Below, piece by piece: positions 51,335 to 62,698 of a DNA stretch of 64,000 bases (within the stretch, counting starts at the first letter, position 1; the number at the start of each line of letters is the position of its first letter). The position numbers and the translations under genes were made by a program. The DNA lies in NCBI GenBank assembly GCA_048571215.1, contig CP182352.1, forward strand, positions 1,152,001-1,216,000, in the 5' to 3' direction. The notes below the pieces were generated by a model. That model did not search any database. It was given only the letters and a program-made list of their open reading frames with translations, and had not been told where the DNA came from. The stretch is from Halarcobacter sp. (lineage in GTDB: Bacteria; Campylobacterota; Campylobacteria; Campylobacterales; Arcobacteraceae).

Positions 51335-53515
51335 TTATAATTGACTAGAAGCTAGTTCAATTCTGTCTTTTTTCACTTTTAGTACTTTTATTTCAACTGA
51401 ATCGTCTACATTAAGTACATCTTCAACTTTATTAACTCTTTGTTTTGATATTTTAGAGATATGTAATAAACCTTCTCCACCTTTTGGTAGCTCAACAAAA
51501 GCACCAAAATCTGCAACTCTAACAACTTTTCCTGTTAGAACTTCATCAACTTGATATAGTTTTTCAAAATCTATATTTTTTTTAGAGTCTCTTCTTGCTG
51601 GTGCATTATTTGAAATAGTTTTAATATGTTCACAAGCATCTAAAACATTTTGTTTATTTTCACCACTAACTTTTACATTTCCACTATCTCTATCTAAATC
51701 GATTGATACTGAGAATTTTTCAATTATCTCTTTAATAGTAGAACCTGCTTTTCCAATAACAACCATTATTTTACCTGGATCAATTGCAAATTGTTCAACT
51801 AATGGTAAAGCTTCACTTGGAACTATTTCAGCAGCTGCTTCTTCCATAATACCTAAGATGTGTTCCCTACCCTCTTTTGCTTGAAGTAAGGCTTCTTTTA
51901 AAACTGAAAGCTCAATTCCACCAAGTTTTATATCCATTTGAAGTGCAGTAATACCATCTTTTGTTCCTGCAACTTTAAAGTCCATATCTCCATCATGGTC
52001 TTCTAATCCCATAATATCTGTAAGTACTGAGTAATTGTCACCTTCAACCACCATTCCCATAGCAACACCTGCAACAAGATTTGAAATAGGAATTCCTGCA
52101 GCTTTTAATGCTAAAGAACCACCACAAACAGTAGCCATTGATGAAGAACCATTAGATTCTAAAATTTCAGAAACAAGTCTTACTGTTTCATCATAATCTT
52201 TATCAATAGTTGCTTCTAGAGCTTTTTTAGCCAAGTTACCATGACCCAATTCTCTTCTTCCTACACCAAACATAGGTTTAGCTTCCCCTACAGAAAATCC
52301 AGGAAAATTATAATGAACCATAAATCTCTCAACTGAAGTTGATTTTTCAGTTAAAGTTTCAAACATTTGTCCATCTTTTGAACCTGCAATAGTTCCTACA
52401 ACTAAAGCTTGAGTTTCACCCCTTGTAAATAAACAAGAAGAGTGTGCTGATGGTAAAATATTTGTATCAATAGATATTGGTCTTACCTCTTTTAATCCTC
52501 TACCATCTGCTCTTACTTTGTCTGTCACAATCATATTTCTAACAACTTCTCTTTTTACAATTGAAACAGCTTCATATACAACTTTTAGTTCTAATTCTTT
52601 TTCAACACAATATTCATCTGTTAAAACAAGTTTTGCTACATCTTTTAATTCTGTAGCTCTTTCACTTTTTGCAAGTTTTTGTAAAGCTTCTTTGATATTT
52701 GGTAAATAGTTATCTCTTACATGTTTGATTATTGCTTCATCTATTTTAAACTCAACAAGTTCAACATTACAAACCCCTTTACCAATCCCTTCAAATCCAC
52801 TTTCATAGGTTTCATTTGATTCTTTTATAGCTTTTTGTGCAATACCAATTGCTTCAACTAAATCATCTTCACTCATCTCATTAGTTTTATGTAGTTTACT
52901 AAAAGCTTCAATATCTACTTCAACCATCTCTTCGCTACTAATAGATTTCATCTCTATCATAAGTAATTCTTCTTTTGAACCTGCTACATATAAATCAAGA
53001 GTAGAGTTTATCATTTGTTCAACATTAGGATTAATTACATATTCACCCTCTATTTTACCAACTCTTACACCACAAACCGATTTTTTGATTGGCAGGTTTG
53101 AAGTATATAAAGCTGCACTTGCTGCATTTAGAGCTAGTGCTTGTAAATCCACATCTTTATCTGCACTTAATACAAGTACAGTGATAGTTGTTGGATACAC
53201 ATAACCCTTTGGGAATAATGGTCTTAAACTTCTATCAATAACTCTTGATGTTAAAGTTTCAAATTCACTTGGTTTTGCTTCCCTTTTAATAAATCCACCA
53301 GGAAGTTTTGCTGCTGCATATGTTTTTTCAACATATTGTACAGTTAAGGGTGTAAAATCCTCTTCAACGGGATTATCAAACTCACTAACAACTGTAGCTA
53401 ATACAACTGCATTTCCTATTTGTGCTAAAACTGAGCCATTAGCTTGTTTTGCCACCTTTTCAAATTCAAAAACCTCTTGTTTTCCATTTAATTCAAATTC
53501 ACATACAGTTGACAT
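51335..53515 (-). CDS. pnp: Polyribonucleotide nucleotidyltransferase
   Basis: RVIDRSLRP, FTRGETQ, RRELGHG, ESNGSSSMA, KH and S1 domains. Confidence 0.97.
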   Translation of the reverse strand: MSTVCEFELNGKQEVFEFEKVAKQANGSVLAQIGNAVVLATVVSEFDNPVEEDFTPLTVQYVEKTYAAAKLPGGFIKREAKPSEFETLTSRVIDRSLRPLFPKGYVYPTTITVLVLSADKDVDLQALALNAASAALYTSNLPIKKSVCGVRVGKIEGEYVINPNVEQMINSTLDLYVAGSKEELLMIEMKSISSEEMVEVDIEAFSKLHKTNEMSEDDLVEAIGIAQKAIKESNETYESGFEGIGKGVCNVELVEFKIDEAIIKHVRDNYLPNIKEALQKLAKSERATELKDVAKLVLTDEYCVEKELELKVVYEAVSIVKREVVRNMIVTDKVRADGRGLKEVRPISIDTNILPSAHSSCLFTRGETQALVVGTIAGSKDGQMFETLTEKSTSVERFMVHYNFPGFSVGEAKPMFGVGRRELGHGNLAKKALEATIDKDYDETVRLVSEILESNGSSSMATVCGGSLALKAAGIPISNLVAGVAMGMVVEGDNYSVLTDIMGLEDHDGDMDFKVAGTKDGITALQMDIKLGGIELSVLKEALLQAKEGREHILGIMEEAAAEIVPSEALPLVEQFAIDPGKIMVVIGKAGSTIKEIIEKFSVSIDLDRDSGNVKVSGENKQNVLDACEHIKTISNNAPARRDSKKNIDFEKLYQVDEVLTGKVVRVADFGAFVELPKGGEGLLHISKISKQRVNKVEDVLNVDDSVEIKVLKVKKDRIELASSQL

Positions 53516-53520
53516 ATAAT

Positions 53521-54168
53521 TTATCCTTTTTCTTTTCTAATTTCTTCATACGTTATATCTTCTAATTCATCATAATAAAATTCAATATCTATAAAATGAT
53601 CTAAACTTTTAACAAAATACAGGTCATCTGCAATTGACTCAATAGTACTTATACTTGCCGTAGGAAGTATAGGAACTGCAACTGATACTGATTTTGCACC
53701 TAAATTAATTGCAGTTTTTATACAAGCCATCATAGTAAGACTTGTATTTAAACCCTCATCAATCAATAATACATTTTTATTCTCTAAATTATTTAATCTT
53801 TTTCCTCTTCTAAATTTGTTTACACAGTTTGATAAATCATTTTCAAAAATATATCTTGATCTTGAAAATATAAAATCTAAACTAATATCAAAAGCTTTAA
53901 CAAGCTCTTCATGGATAACAACCTCTTCTGTTTCAGTTACAATTGCAACTTCACACTCTTCATTGAGTGGAGCATATATTTTTCTTGAGAACATTACATC
54001 AAATTTTGCATTTAATTCATTAGCAATTATTTTTGCTACAGCATAACCTCCATATGAAGTAGATAAAACAGTCCATTCTTCTAATTTCATTTTATTTATC
54101 GGTAATATATCTATAAGTCTATAAGCTGCAACTTCTCTGTTTTTAAAATATATTTTATCAGGAGTCAT
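53521..54168 (-). CDS. Phosphoribosyltransferase-family protein
   Basis: FKNR..AA, VLLIDEGLNTSLTM PRPP-loop-like motif. Confidence 0.82.
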   Translation of the reverse strand: MTPDKIYFKNREVAAYRLIDILPINKMKLEEWTVLSTSYGGYAVAKIIANELNAKFDVMFSRKIYAPLNEECEVAIVTETEEVVIHEELVKAFDISLDFIFSRSRYIFENDLSNCVNKFRRGKRLNNLENKNVLLIDEGLNTSLTMMACIKTAINLGAKSVSVAVPILPTASISTIESIADDLYFVKSLDHFIDIEFYYDELEDITYEEIRKEKG

Positions 54169-54169
54169 T

Positions 54170-56257
54170 TTAGTCTCTTTTTAATTCATATTCTTGTTTT
54201 ATACCACCAATTGGTATTAACATTAGCTCTAAATATACAATATCTTGCTTAATGGGAGTTTGATTTGTTGTTGATGCAGCAGTAATCTCTTTTTCAAATC
54301 TTAAATCTAAACTCCAGCAACTATCATCTATGCCCAAAATAAAGGCTTGTTTATTTCTTATACCATCTTCTAGATTATAGTTTGTATAATAACCAAGAGA
54401 ATACTTTTTATCAATATTATATCTAGCATCTATACTATATGAGTGTAAATCTTCCCTATTTGAATTAGGAGTTTTTTGAGAAATATAATGATTTAATTTT
54501 ATATTATAGTTTTTGTATTTAAATGTAAAATCAGAAGAACTCTCAGTAAACTTTTTATCTTGATGATTATATGTTGTTCTATTTTGCATAGTTCCCCAAA
54601 TATAATTATAAATAATTAAGTTAGTTAAGTTTTCTAATTGAGTATTGTCATTTGCATCAAATAAAATTGATTGGGTAAGTTTATGTTTAATAACCCTTTT
54701 TAAAGTTTTTCTATCAAAAAAAGATTGATTTAAAACCAGTTCAATGTTATCTTCATTTTTAGTAGTATTAAATGGACTTAATTGAGAGTTATTGTTTGTA
54801 AGAAGATATAAATCCCCCTCTTTTTTCATCTCATCATAATGGTTATAATTAAAACCTAAATTCATTGCATGAATATAATTTCTATAAGGTTTTATTAAAT
54901 CACTATTAAGTCCTATTGTTGTTCTATTCTCTATATATCTACCATTTTGGAAATTGATATTGCTATTTGAATAATCATAACTATCAACAGTAGTTTCATT
55001 TTCTAATACTAAATTTAAATAATTATCAAACAAAGAATAAGAATAAGAGATTGGAATACTAAATTCATATTGATTTGCTTTTATACCCTTATCTCTAAAA
55101 TGATTGGTATATTTTATATCAGCAGAGTATAAAAGTTTTTCAAAAAACAATGGATTTGTATATTTATGGATTTGAAATTTGGGTAACTCTTGAAGAGTAT
55201 TAGAGTTTGAGTTACTTTGAGTGTCTATATAGTATCTAAAGTAACTACCTATATAAAAACTTGGCTCATTATAAAAGTAGTTTATTTTAGATTCTATATA
55301 TCTTTCATTAGAGGTGCTATAATTTTTGTCTTCAAGTGTTTTAAATTCAATATCATTTAAATAATTTAATGATACATATAATCCATCATCTACATTTTCA
55401 TTAAGTTTTGTAAATAGATTTGTTTTTTCATAATCTAATGTTACCCCATAGTGTTCTTGGTTTCTTAGATTATTATCAGTTTGGAATTTTTTCTTTTCTT
55501 TAAAGTAACCTGTACTTATATTTAACATAGAATCAATTGAATCAGCATATCTATAATAAGCATACATACCAGAACCTCTTGAGGTTCTAATTTGAGGAAT
55601 TAATTCTACATCATAATTTGGTGCAGGGGCTATGAAAATTGGTTGAGAAAAAGACACCCCTTCAGTATTTGAGTATCCAAAGGTAGGGATTAAAAGACCT
55701 GTTTTTCTTTTGTTGTCTGTAGAAAAACCTAAATATGGTGTATATAAAACTGGTACATCTTTTACATATATTCTAGTATTATAAGCATTTAGCCATTTTT
55801 CTTTTGTATCATAATCTATATTGGAAGATCTAATACTCCAATCTGGGTCAATACAATCACAAGTTGATAAAATAGTATTATCTAAATTGATTATATCATC
55901 TGTTTTTTTAGACTCTTTAGAGTTAATCCAAATTGAGCTAGTATGATCATAAAATAAGTTGGGTTTTTGATATGAATTATTGTTTGTAACATCTAAAAAA
56001 GCATATTCACTGTTTACTTGAACTGTATTGTCTTTCAATATTATAACATCATCGAATAGTTCAAAGGTACCATTGTTTTTATCATAAATTGCCTTTTGTG
56101 CAGAAATATAATATGTTGGTGAAACAATTATTACATTTCCATTTGCAATTAAAATCCCTTTTTTTGTATCAACATTGTTTGCAAATACTTGAAACTTTTC
56201 TATTTTGGCATTTAGTGCAAGAGTTAATAATATGAGTGTAAAAATAATTCTAAGCAT
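54170..56257 (-). CDS. lptD: LPS assembly protein LptD
   Basis: STCD...PDW, PVLYTPY, RKTGLL.P, CW near the C-terminus. Confidence 0.88.
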   Translation of the reverse strand: MLRIIFTLILLTLALNAKIEKFQVFANNVDTKKGILIANGNVIIVSPTYYISAQKAIYDKNNGTFELFDDVIILKDNTVQVNSEYAFLDVTNNNSYQKPNLFYDHTSSIWINSKESKKTDDIINLDNTILSTCDCIDPDWSIRSSNIDYDTKEKWLNAYNTRIYVKDVPVLYTPYLGFSTDNKRKTGLLIPTFGYSNTEGVSFSQPIFIAPAPNYDVELIPQIRTSRGSGMYAYYRYADSIDSMLNISTGYFKEKKKFQTDNNLRNQEHYGVTLDYEKTNLFTKLNENVDDGLYVSLNYLNDIEFKTLEDKNYSTSNERYIESKINYFYNEPSFYIGSYFRYYIDTQSNSNSNTLQELPKFQIHKYTNPLFFEKLLYSADIKYTNHFRDKGIKANQYEFSIPISYSYSLFDNYLNLVLENETTVDSYDYSNSNINFQNGRYIENRTTIGLNSDLIKPYRNYIHAMNLGFNYNHYDEMKKEGDLYLLTNNNSQLSPFNTTKNEDNIELVLNQSFFDRKTLKRVIKHKLTQSILFDANDNTQLENLTNLIIYNYIWGTMQNRTTYNHQDKKFTESSSDFTFKYKNYNIKLNHYISQKTPNSNREDLHSYSIDARYNIDKKYSLGYYTNYNLEDGIRNKQAFILGIDDSCWSLDLRFEKEITAASTTNQTPIKQDIVYLELMLIPIGGIKQEYELKRD

Positions 56258-56681
56258 TTACTACTAATGTCCTAGCTAATTTATCATGAAATGTTTGTCT
56301 AGATTCACCTAAAAAGGCAAATATAAACCCTATATAAAAAAACATTTCACTTACTAATCTAAGAATCGACCTTGTCATAGCTGTGAATATATTAACTCTT
56401 CCCAAGCTATTAAAGTCAACAACTTTTATTTTTGTAATGATTTTACCAATAGTTGCCCCATAATACCAAACAAAAAGTGTTTGATAAATAAATTTAAGTA
56501 ATAGAATTTGATAAACAAAAGCATTCATTACAGTTAAAATTGAAATTAGGTCATCCCCACTTTGTGATATATTATCCCAATACATTGCTATTATAATAAA
56601 AGTAACTAAAAAATCATCTATAATAAAAGCAAAAATTCTAGAGCGAAATGGGGCAAGTTCTAAATTTTCATTGTTATTCAT
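56250..56681 (-). CDS. RDD family membrane protein
   Basis: R..AFIIDD, GATIGK, RQTFHDKLA. Confidence 0.9.
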   Translation of the reverse strand: MNNNENLELAPFRSRIFAFIIDDFLVTFIIIAMYWDNISQSGDDLISILTVMNAFVYQILLLKFIYQTLFVWYYGATIGKIITKIKVVDFNSLGRVNIFTAMTRSILRLVSEMFFYIGFIFAFLGESRQTFHDKLARTLVVNA

Positions 56682-56695
56682 ATTTTATCTAGTAC

Positions 56696-57964
56696 TTATT
56701 TTAAAGCTTGATAAGCTATATCAGTTCTGATTTTTTTACCAGCAAAATGAACTTGACCACAAAGAGCATAAGCTCTATCCCTAGCTTGTTTAATTGAAGA
56801 ACCAAATCCCACACAAACTAAAACTCTTCCCCCTGTTGCAAAAAGTTTATCATCTTCATTTGAAACACCTGCATATGAAATATGTGTATGATTTAAAATA
56901 TCTTCATCAACTATTTCATCAACAATAATCTCTGCTGGTTCAGATGAAGCATAAGGATAGTTTGCACTAGCCATTACAACACCTACTCCAAACTCTTTTT
57001 TGATTTTAATATCTAGTTTGTCAAGTTGTTTAGTAGCACCTTTATAAAAAAGTTCTGAAACAGGAGTTTCAAGAAGGGGCATTATAATTTCACATTCGGG
57101 ATCACCAAATCTAACATTATATTCTAAAATAATTGGTTCACCTTTTACAACCATAACACCTATAAATAAAACCCCTTCAAAAGGTGCTCCCTCTTGTTGC
57201 ATCCCCTTAAGAGTTGGTTTAATAACTCTTTCTTCTACTTTTTTATAGATATCTTCATTTACTAATGGAGTTGGAGCATATGCACCCATACCACCTGTAT
57301 TTGGACCTGTATCTCCATCTCCTACTCTTTTATGGTCTTGAGCAGCTGGTAATACTTTGTAGTTTTCTCCATCACAAATTGCAAAAATAGATAATTCATA
57401 ACCATCTAAATACTCTTCTACAACTATTGAAGTTCCAGCATCACCAAATGAAGAACCCGATAGCATATCAGATGCCGCTTGTTTAGCCTCATCTTTACTT
57501 TGCGCTATTATTACACCTTTTCCTGCACATAAACCATCTGCTTTTACAACTATTGGTTCACTCATTGTATCAATAAAATCATGTGCTTCTTTTTCATCTG
57601 TAGTTTCTATAAATGCTGCTGTTGGTATATTGTATTTTTTTAAGATATTTTTCATATAAACTTTTGAACCTTCAAGTTGCGCAGCAGCTTGACTTGGACC
57701 AAAAATTGTTAAATCATTCTTTTTGAAAATATCAACAACACCATCTACTAATGGAGCTTCAGGACCAACAATTGTTAAATCTATTTTATTTTCTTTTGCC
57801 CATAAAGCTAACTTGTCATAATCTTTTATATTAATATTAGTACCTAAGTTTGAAGTTGCGCCGTTTCCTGGCATAAAATATAAGTTATGTTTCTCTTGCT
57901 CTTTAGATATAGCTAATCCTATAGAGTACTCTCTACCACCACTACCAAGTATTAAAATATCCAC
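56696..57964 (-). CDS. purD: Phosphoribosylamine--glycine ligase
   Basis: [39 protein letters not shown]. Confidence 0.97.
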   Translation of the reverse strand: MDILILGSGGREYSIGLAISKEQEKHNLYFMPGNGATSNLGTNINIKDYDKLALWAKENKIDLTIVGPEAPLVDGVVDIFKKNDLTIFGPSQAAAQLEGSKVYMKNILKKYNIPTAAFIETTDEKEAHDFIDTMSEPIVVKADGLCAGKGVIIAQSKDEAKQAASDMLSGSSFGDAGTSIVVEEYLDGYELSIFAICDGENYKVLPAAQDHKRVGDGDTGPNTGGMGAYAPTPLVNEDIYKKVEERVIKPTLKGMQQEGAPFEGVLFIGVMVVKGEPIILEYNVRFGDPECEIIMPLLETPVSELFYKGATKQLDKLDIKIKKEFGVGVVMASANYPYASSEPAEIIVDEIVDEDILNHTHISYAGVSNEDDKLFATGGRVLVCVGFGSSIKQARDRAYALCGQVHFAGKKIRTDIAYQALK

Positions 57965-57995
57965 TAAATTTCCTTAAAATGTGTAATTAAATAAA

Positions 57996-58165
57996 ACCCA
58001 AGTAGACGTTAACCATCAATATGGCCCTAAAAAGCCAACGATAGCACGTAAGAATTAAACTTTAGGAGCTCAAACATAATGAAAAGCTGCACACCATTTA
58101 AATACAATTACATGCAAAAATATAGTATCGGACCCTCAACAATGGAAATCCCGTACTACTTAGAT
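57996..58165 (-). ncRNA. ssrS: 6S RNA (the epsilonproteobacterial 'purD' motif RNA)
   Basis: Minus-strand ends pair (AUCUAAGUAG/CUACUUGGGU), with inner helices CCAUUG/UGAUGG and GCAUGUAA/UUACGUGC around a central bubble. TAAAAT -10 at 58172-58177. Sits directly upstream of purD. Confidence 0.8.
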
Positions 58166-58200
58166 ATAATAATTTTATCCAATATAGATTAAATAATACA

Positions 58201-58836
58201 TTAAATATACAACTGTTTAGCTAGATTTATACACTCTTGGATATTTACATCAGGGGAGATTTTGTAGTCTATATTCTTTGGAAGATATTTTGCAGTTGTT
58301 TTACCAATAACAATTGCATTAAAACTCTTATCCCATTGATAGTTTTTAAAAAAACACTCAATAGATGATGGAGATGTAAATATTATTGTGGAGTTGGATT
58401 CTATAGTTTTATTTAATTGTTTTTTACAAACTGTTTTATAGGCTATTAGTTCATCTATATCAATTTTTGCTTCTTTTAAAATTGTTGTTAAATTTGAAAC
58501 AACTTTCAAAGCTTTGATATATAAAACTTTTTTATTTTTTAGTTTATTAATAAGCTTCTTTGCAAATTCATCTCCATTTGTTGCTTTTGCATCAAAAATA
58601 TTGTTCCCTTTTAATTTTTCTACTATATTTGCTGTTTTTGTTGATATAGAGTATGAAGGGATATCTTTCCATTGGTTATTAAAACTGTTTATTGAATATA
58701 TACCATTTTTTGAAGTAAAAATAAGAGCATCATATTTTGATAAATCAATCTCACTTGAGATATATTCTATTTGAAAAACCTCTAAATTTTCAACTCCCTC
58801 ATATTTTTGACTTCCAAGTAAATATATTTTTGCCAT
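58201..58836 (-). CDS. hemD: Uroporphyrinogen-III synthase
   Basis: LIFTSKNG, AYKT, IFTSPSS, IGKTTA. Confidence 0.88.
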   Translation of the reverse strand: MAKIYLLGSQKYEGVENLEVFQIEYISSEIDLSKYDALIFTSKNGIYSINSFNNQWKDIPSYSISTKTANIVEKLKGNNIFDAKATNGDEFAKKLINKLKNKKVLYIKALKVVSNLTTILKEAKIDIDELIAYKTVCKKQLNKTIESNSTIIFTSPSSIECFFKNYQWDKSFNAIVIGKTTAKYLPKNIDYKISPDVNIQECINLAKQLYI

Positions 58837-58838
58837 TT

Positions 58839-60437
58839 TTATTTTTTGCTAAACTTTTTATATTCATTTTTTTGTATGGCATTTACCGCTGCATCTATAT
58901 TATTAAAAATAAGAGTATTGCTAAATATTTCATTTGTATCAATTTTTAATACTTTTCTTCTATGGGTATGATTTAATAAAAGAATAACTTTTATATTTTT
59001 TTCTTCAAGTTTAACAATTATCTCTTCTAAAATAAAAATAGCAGATAGATCCATCATAGATACATGTAAACAATCTAAGATAACAAATTTTGTATTTGGA
59101 TTTATTTTATCGATTTTTCTATCTAAAATAGAAGCAGTACCAAAAAATAGTGAACCATCTATTTTAAGGATTTTAATATCTTTATTTTCAACATCGATAT
59201 CAAAACTTACTCCTTTTTTAGCATTGGATGTACTCATTTTAGTTTTTTTAGAGATTTTATAGATTGCTAAAATAGAAGCAAAAGTTATTCCAGCACCAAC
59301 AGCCATAATTAAATCTACAAATATAGTTAGTAAAAATACTGTTATCATTATAAGTAAATCTTGTCTTGGTATCTTATTTATAATTCTTAAAAGTTTATAA
59401 TCTAATATATCAAAACCAACTTTTATTAGTATCCCTGAAAGAACTGCTAAAGGTATTTTTGAGGCAAGTGGAGCTAAAAACAGTACAATAATCAAAAGTG
59501 AAAGAGCATGTATCATCCCCGATAGTCTTGTTGTTCCACCACTTTTTATATTTATCACAGTTCTCATAGTAGCACCTGCACCTGGGATTGCCCCAACTAG
59601 TGAACATAAAGAGTTACCAATACCTTGAGCTATTAACTCTTTATTTGGGTTGTGTTTAGTTTTTGTCATAGAATCAGCTACTAATGAGGTTAGAAGTGTA
59701 TCTATTGTCCCTAATAGAGCTAAAGTGATAGCAAGGGTTATAATAGTATCAAGTTTCAATAAGTCAAATTTTGTAGGAATAGTAATATCAGGTAAACCCA
59801 TTGGTATTTCACCTATTGTTTGAATAGAGTATCCCATAAAAATAGTTAAATATGTGATTGAGACTAAGGCTATAAGTGCAGCTGGTACAAATCTTGTGAT
59901 TTTTTTAGGTGTTAAGAACATTATTGCTAAGGTGATTGAAGCGATTATCAAAGACTCAAAATTTGCTTGTTTTATACTTTGTGGTAACTCAACAATGGTT
60001 TGAATAACTGAACCATAAGATTCCACACCAATAAAAGGGTTTATCTGTAAGATTATAATAATAAGCCCTATTCCACTCATAAAACCTGAAATTACAGGAT
60101 AAGGGATATATTTAACCCATTTACCAACTTTTACAATACCTAAAGAGATTTGTATTATTCCAGAGAGAAATATAACAGTAATTACAGATTCAAAATCATT
60201 AGGGAAAGTTGCAATGGCAGTTGCTGTAATAACTGTCATTGGTCCCGTTGGACCAGAGATTTGTGTTTGTGTACCACCAAATAGTGAGGCAAAGAAGCCT
60301 AAAATTATTGCACCATAGAGTCCAGCCATTGCTCCAGCACCACTTGCAACCCCAAAGGCTAAAGCTAGTGGCAAGGCAACGACAGCAGCTGTTATCCCAC
60401 CAAACACATCATTCTTGATACTGTTTAAATTAAACAA
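58839..60437 (-). CDS. SulP family anion (bicarbonate/sulfate) transporter with STAS domain
   Basis: VALPLALAFG, QISGPTGPM, PYPVISGF, GSLFFG. Confidence 0.93.
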   Translation of the reverse strand: MFNLNSIKNDVFGGITAAVVALPLALAFGVASGAGAMAGLYGAIILGFFASLFGGTQTQISGPTGPMTVITATAIATFPNDFESVITVIFLSGIIQISLGIVKVGKWVKYIPYPVISGFMSGIGLIIIILQINPFIGVESYGSVIQTIVELPQSIKQANFESLIIASITLAIMFLTPKKITRFVPAALIALVSITYLTIFMGYSIQTIGEIPMGLPDITIPTKFDLLKLDTIITLAITLALLGTIDTLLTSLVADSMTKTKHNPNKELIAQGIGNSLCSLVGAIPGAGATMRTVINIKSGGTTRLSGMIHALSLLIIVLFLAPLASKIPLAVLSGILIKVGFDILDYKLLRIINKIPRQDLLIMITVFLLTIFVDLIMAVGAGITFASILAIYKISKKTKMSTSNAKKGVSFDIDVENKDIKILKIDGSLFFGTASILDRKIDKINPNTKFVILDCLHVSMMDLSAIFILEEIIVKLEEKNIKVILLLNHTHRRKVLKIDTNEIFSNTLIFNNIDAAVNAIQKNEYKKFSKK

Positions 60438-60456
60438 AAAGACTCCTTTTTAAGGT

Positions 60457-61890
60457 TTAAAAATCTTCTAAATCCTCATCATGCTCATCTGATCTTTCAT
60501 TTTTAGCTCTAGCTAGAATATGAATAGGTGTTCCTTCAAAATTTATATTATCTCTTAAATAGTTTATTAAATATCTTTTATATGAAAAGTGAAGTAGTTT
60601 TGGCTTATTCATTATTAAAGCTATTCTTGGAGGTTTAGTTTCAAATTGTGTTGTATAGTATATTCTTAAATAAGCACCATTTGGACTTGGAAGTGCATGT
60701 CTAATTGTTGCTTCTTCTACGATTTTATTTAATACTGAAGTTGATATTCTTTGAGCATAGTTTTCGTATATCTCTATGATTTTATCTTTCAATCTATCAA
60801 TACTTCTCCCTGTTTTTGCAGAAACAGCAATAACTGGAGCATGATATAAGAATTTAAATTTTCTTCTAACCTTTTTCTCTACATCTTTAAAGGTTTCCAT
60901 ATTTTCATCCCATTTGTTTAAGACAATAATAGTACCTAAAGCGTATTCATCTACTAAACCCGCAATTTTTTCATCTAAATCTACAAGTTCTGATGAAGCA
61001 TCTAAAACAACTAAGGCTAAGTTTGCTTTTTCTAACATTTGTTTTGTTCTATTTAATGCAAATTTTTCAATTCCTTCAATTTTACCTCTTCTTCTTAAAC
61101 CTGCTGTATCAACAAAAGTGATATTCTTATCTTTGTATTCAAAAGATTCATCAACTGGGTCTATTGTTGTTCCTGCAATCTCTGATACAACTGATCTTTC
61201 TTCTCCAACCAAGGCATTTAAAATTGAAGATTTACCTACATTTACCCTTCCTATGATAGCAACTTTTATTTGTCCATCATCCTCAGGAATTTGTTTATTT
61301 ATATCTTCAATTGGTGATAAAAAATCCTCAAGGAAGTCATCGTCATCCTCTTTTAAAATTAGTTCTTCTTCAACTTCTTTTGCAGGAAGATATTGTGCTA
61401 TTGCTTCAAAGAGTGGTTTTGTACCTCTATTATGAGATACTGAGATACCAAATAAACTATCTTCATCAATTCCAAACTCATAAAAAGCCCAAAGTCTATC
61501 CTCTTTTTCTTTATCATTATCAATTTTATTTACAACTAGGTATAGTTTTTTCCCTAGTTCTTGAAGCTCATAAAATAGTTCTTTATCTTTTTCATCTGGT
61601 ATTTTTTTACCATCAACCATAAAAAGTATTATATCAGCCTCTTTTGCACACTCGACAGCTTTTCTTTTTACATTTGAAAATATTGCATCATTTGTTTCAT
61701 CTATTCCACCAGTATCTAATATAATAGCATCTCTATCAAGAATCTCAACTTGATGTTTTCTTATATCTCTTGTTGTACCTGATTGTTCTGATACTATAGC
61801 AATTCTTTGTTTTGCAATTCTATTAAATAGTGAAGATTTTCCAACATTAGGTTGTCCAATAAGTGCAATTTTCTTCAGTGTATTATCCAT
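60457..61890 (-). CDS. der: Ribosome biogenesis GTPase Der
   Basis: Two GTPase domains (GQPNVGKSS, GRVNVGKSS) and a KH-like C-terminus. Confidence 0.97.
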   Translation of the reverse strand: MDNTLKKIALIGQPNVGKSSLFNRIAKQRIAIVSEQSGTTRDIRKHQVEILDRDAIILDTGGIDETNDAIFSNVKRKAVECAKEADIILFMVDGKKIPDEKDKELFYELQELGKKLYLVVNKIDNDKEKEDRLWAFYEFGIDEDSLFGISVSHNRGTKPLFEAIAQYLPAKEVEEELILKEDDDDFLEDFLSPIEDINKQIPEDDGQIKVAIIGRVNVGKSSILNALVGEERSVVSEIAGTTIDPVDESFEYKDKNITFVDTAGLRRRGKIEGIEKFALNRTKQMLEKANLALVVLDASSELVDLDEKIAGLVDEYALGTIIVLNKWDENMETFKDVEKKVRRKFKFLYHAPVIAVSAKTGRSIDRLKDKIIEIYENYAQRISTSVLNKIVEEATIRHALPSPNGAYLRIYYTTQFETKPPRIALIMNKPKLLHFSYKRYLINYLRDNINFEGTPIHILARAKNERSDEHDEDLEDF

Positions 61891-61913
61891 TAAGTTTTCA
61901 ATCCTTTTAAACT

Positions 61914-61947
61914 AAAAAAAGGTATTAGCGTGTTTGCTAATACCTTT
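61914..61947 (-). terminator. Rho-independent terminator after hpf
   Basis: GGTATTAGC/GCTAATACC stem with a 7-T tail on the minus strand. Confidence 0.8.
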
Positions 61948-61966
61948 GAAATATATATTTTGTATC

Positions 61967-62509
61967 TTAATAAAGACCAAATTTACCCGCTTGGCTAGAT
62001 TTGTATAATACTCTCATATTATCATCTTTATCATAAAATACTTTGAAAGTTGCATCTGATGCTTTTAAATCATCTAATGCTTCTTCAATATCAATTGGCT
62101 TGTAAGAAGCTAGTTTTACAGGGAAAATTTCAGAATCAAGTTTATCTAACTCATTAGCAATTTTATCTTCAATCTCAGAAGCTTCTACCTCTGTAAGTTT
62201 TGTAGCTTTGTGTCCCGTGATTTTATCATGGTGTCTTCTTAAAACTTTTGAAACTCTATCTACAGCTATATCAATAGCAGCATATAAGTCTTTATCTTTT
62301 TGTTTTACAACAACAGTATCTAGATGTGCAATATTTAAAGTAAACTCAAATGCAAATGCTTTTTTACCATTTTTTTCTTCTTGAGAAATAATCGCGTTAA
62401 CAGATATAATATCTAAATTATATTTTTTAAAAATTTCAATTGAACTATTAACATAATCTTTAATTGGTTCAGTTAATTCTATGTGTCTTCCTACAATACT
62501 TGTATTCAT
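61967..62509 (-). CDS. hpf: Long ribosome hibernation promoting factor (HPF/RaiA)
   Basis: GRHIELTE, DLYAAID, C-terminal KPIDIEEA...F.VF...GKFGL. Confidence 0.92.
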   Translation of the reverse strand: MNTSIVGRHIELTEPIKDYVNSSIEIFKKYNLDIISVNAIISQEEKNGKKAFAFEFTLNIAHLDTVVVKQKDKDLYAAIDIAVDRVSKVLRRHHDKITGHKATKLTEVEASEIEDKIANELDKLDSEIFPVKLASYKPIDIEEALDDLKASDATFKVFYDKDDNMRVLYKSSQAGKFGLY

Positions 62510-62618
62510 AACATACTCCTTTGCTTATTTAATAATAATATTCTAACATAAAATATATAAAAGGTTGATTTATATTGTTAATTGTATAAAAAATAATTAG
62601 AAATTCAGAAAAACAAGA

Positions 62619-62654
62619 TTGTTACGCTTAAAATATTAAGCGTAAACAAAAAAA
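62619..62654. terminator. Hairpin downstream of ftsK, likely terminator
   Basis: TTACGCTTAA-AATA-TTAAGCGTAA. Confidence 0.55.
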
Positions 62655-62698
62655 GAAACAATAGTATAGTATTTTGATTTAATGCGAGAATCTTGCTA

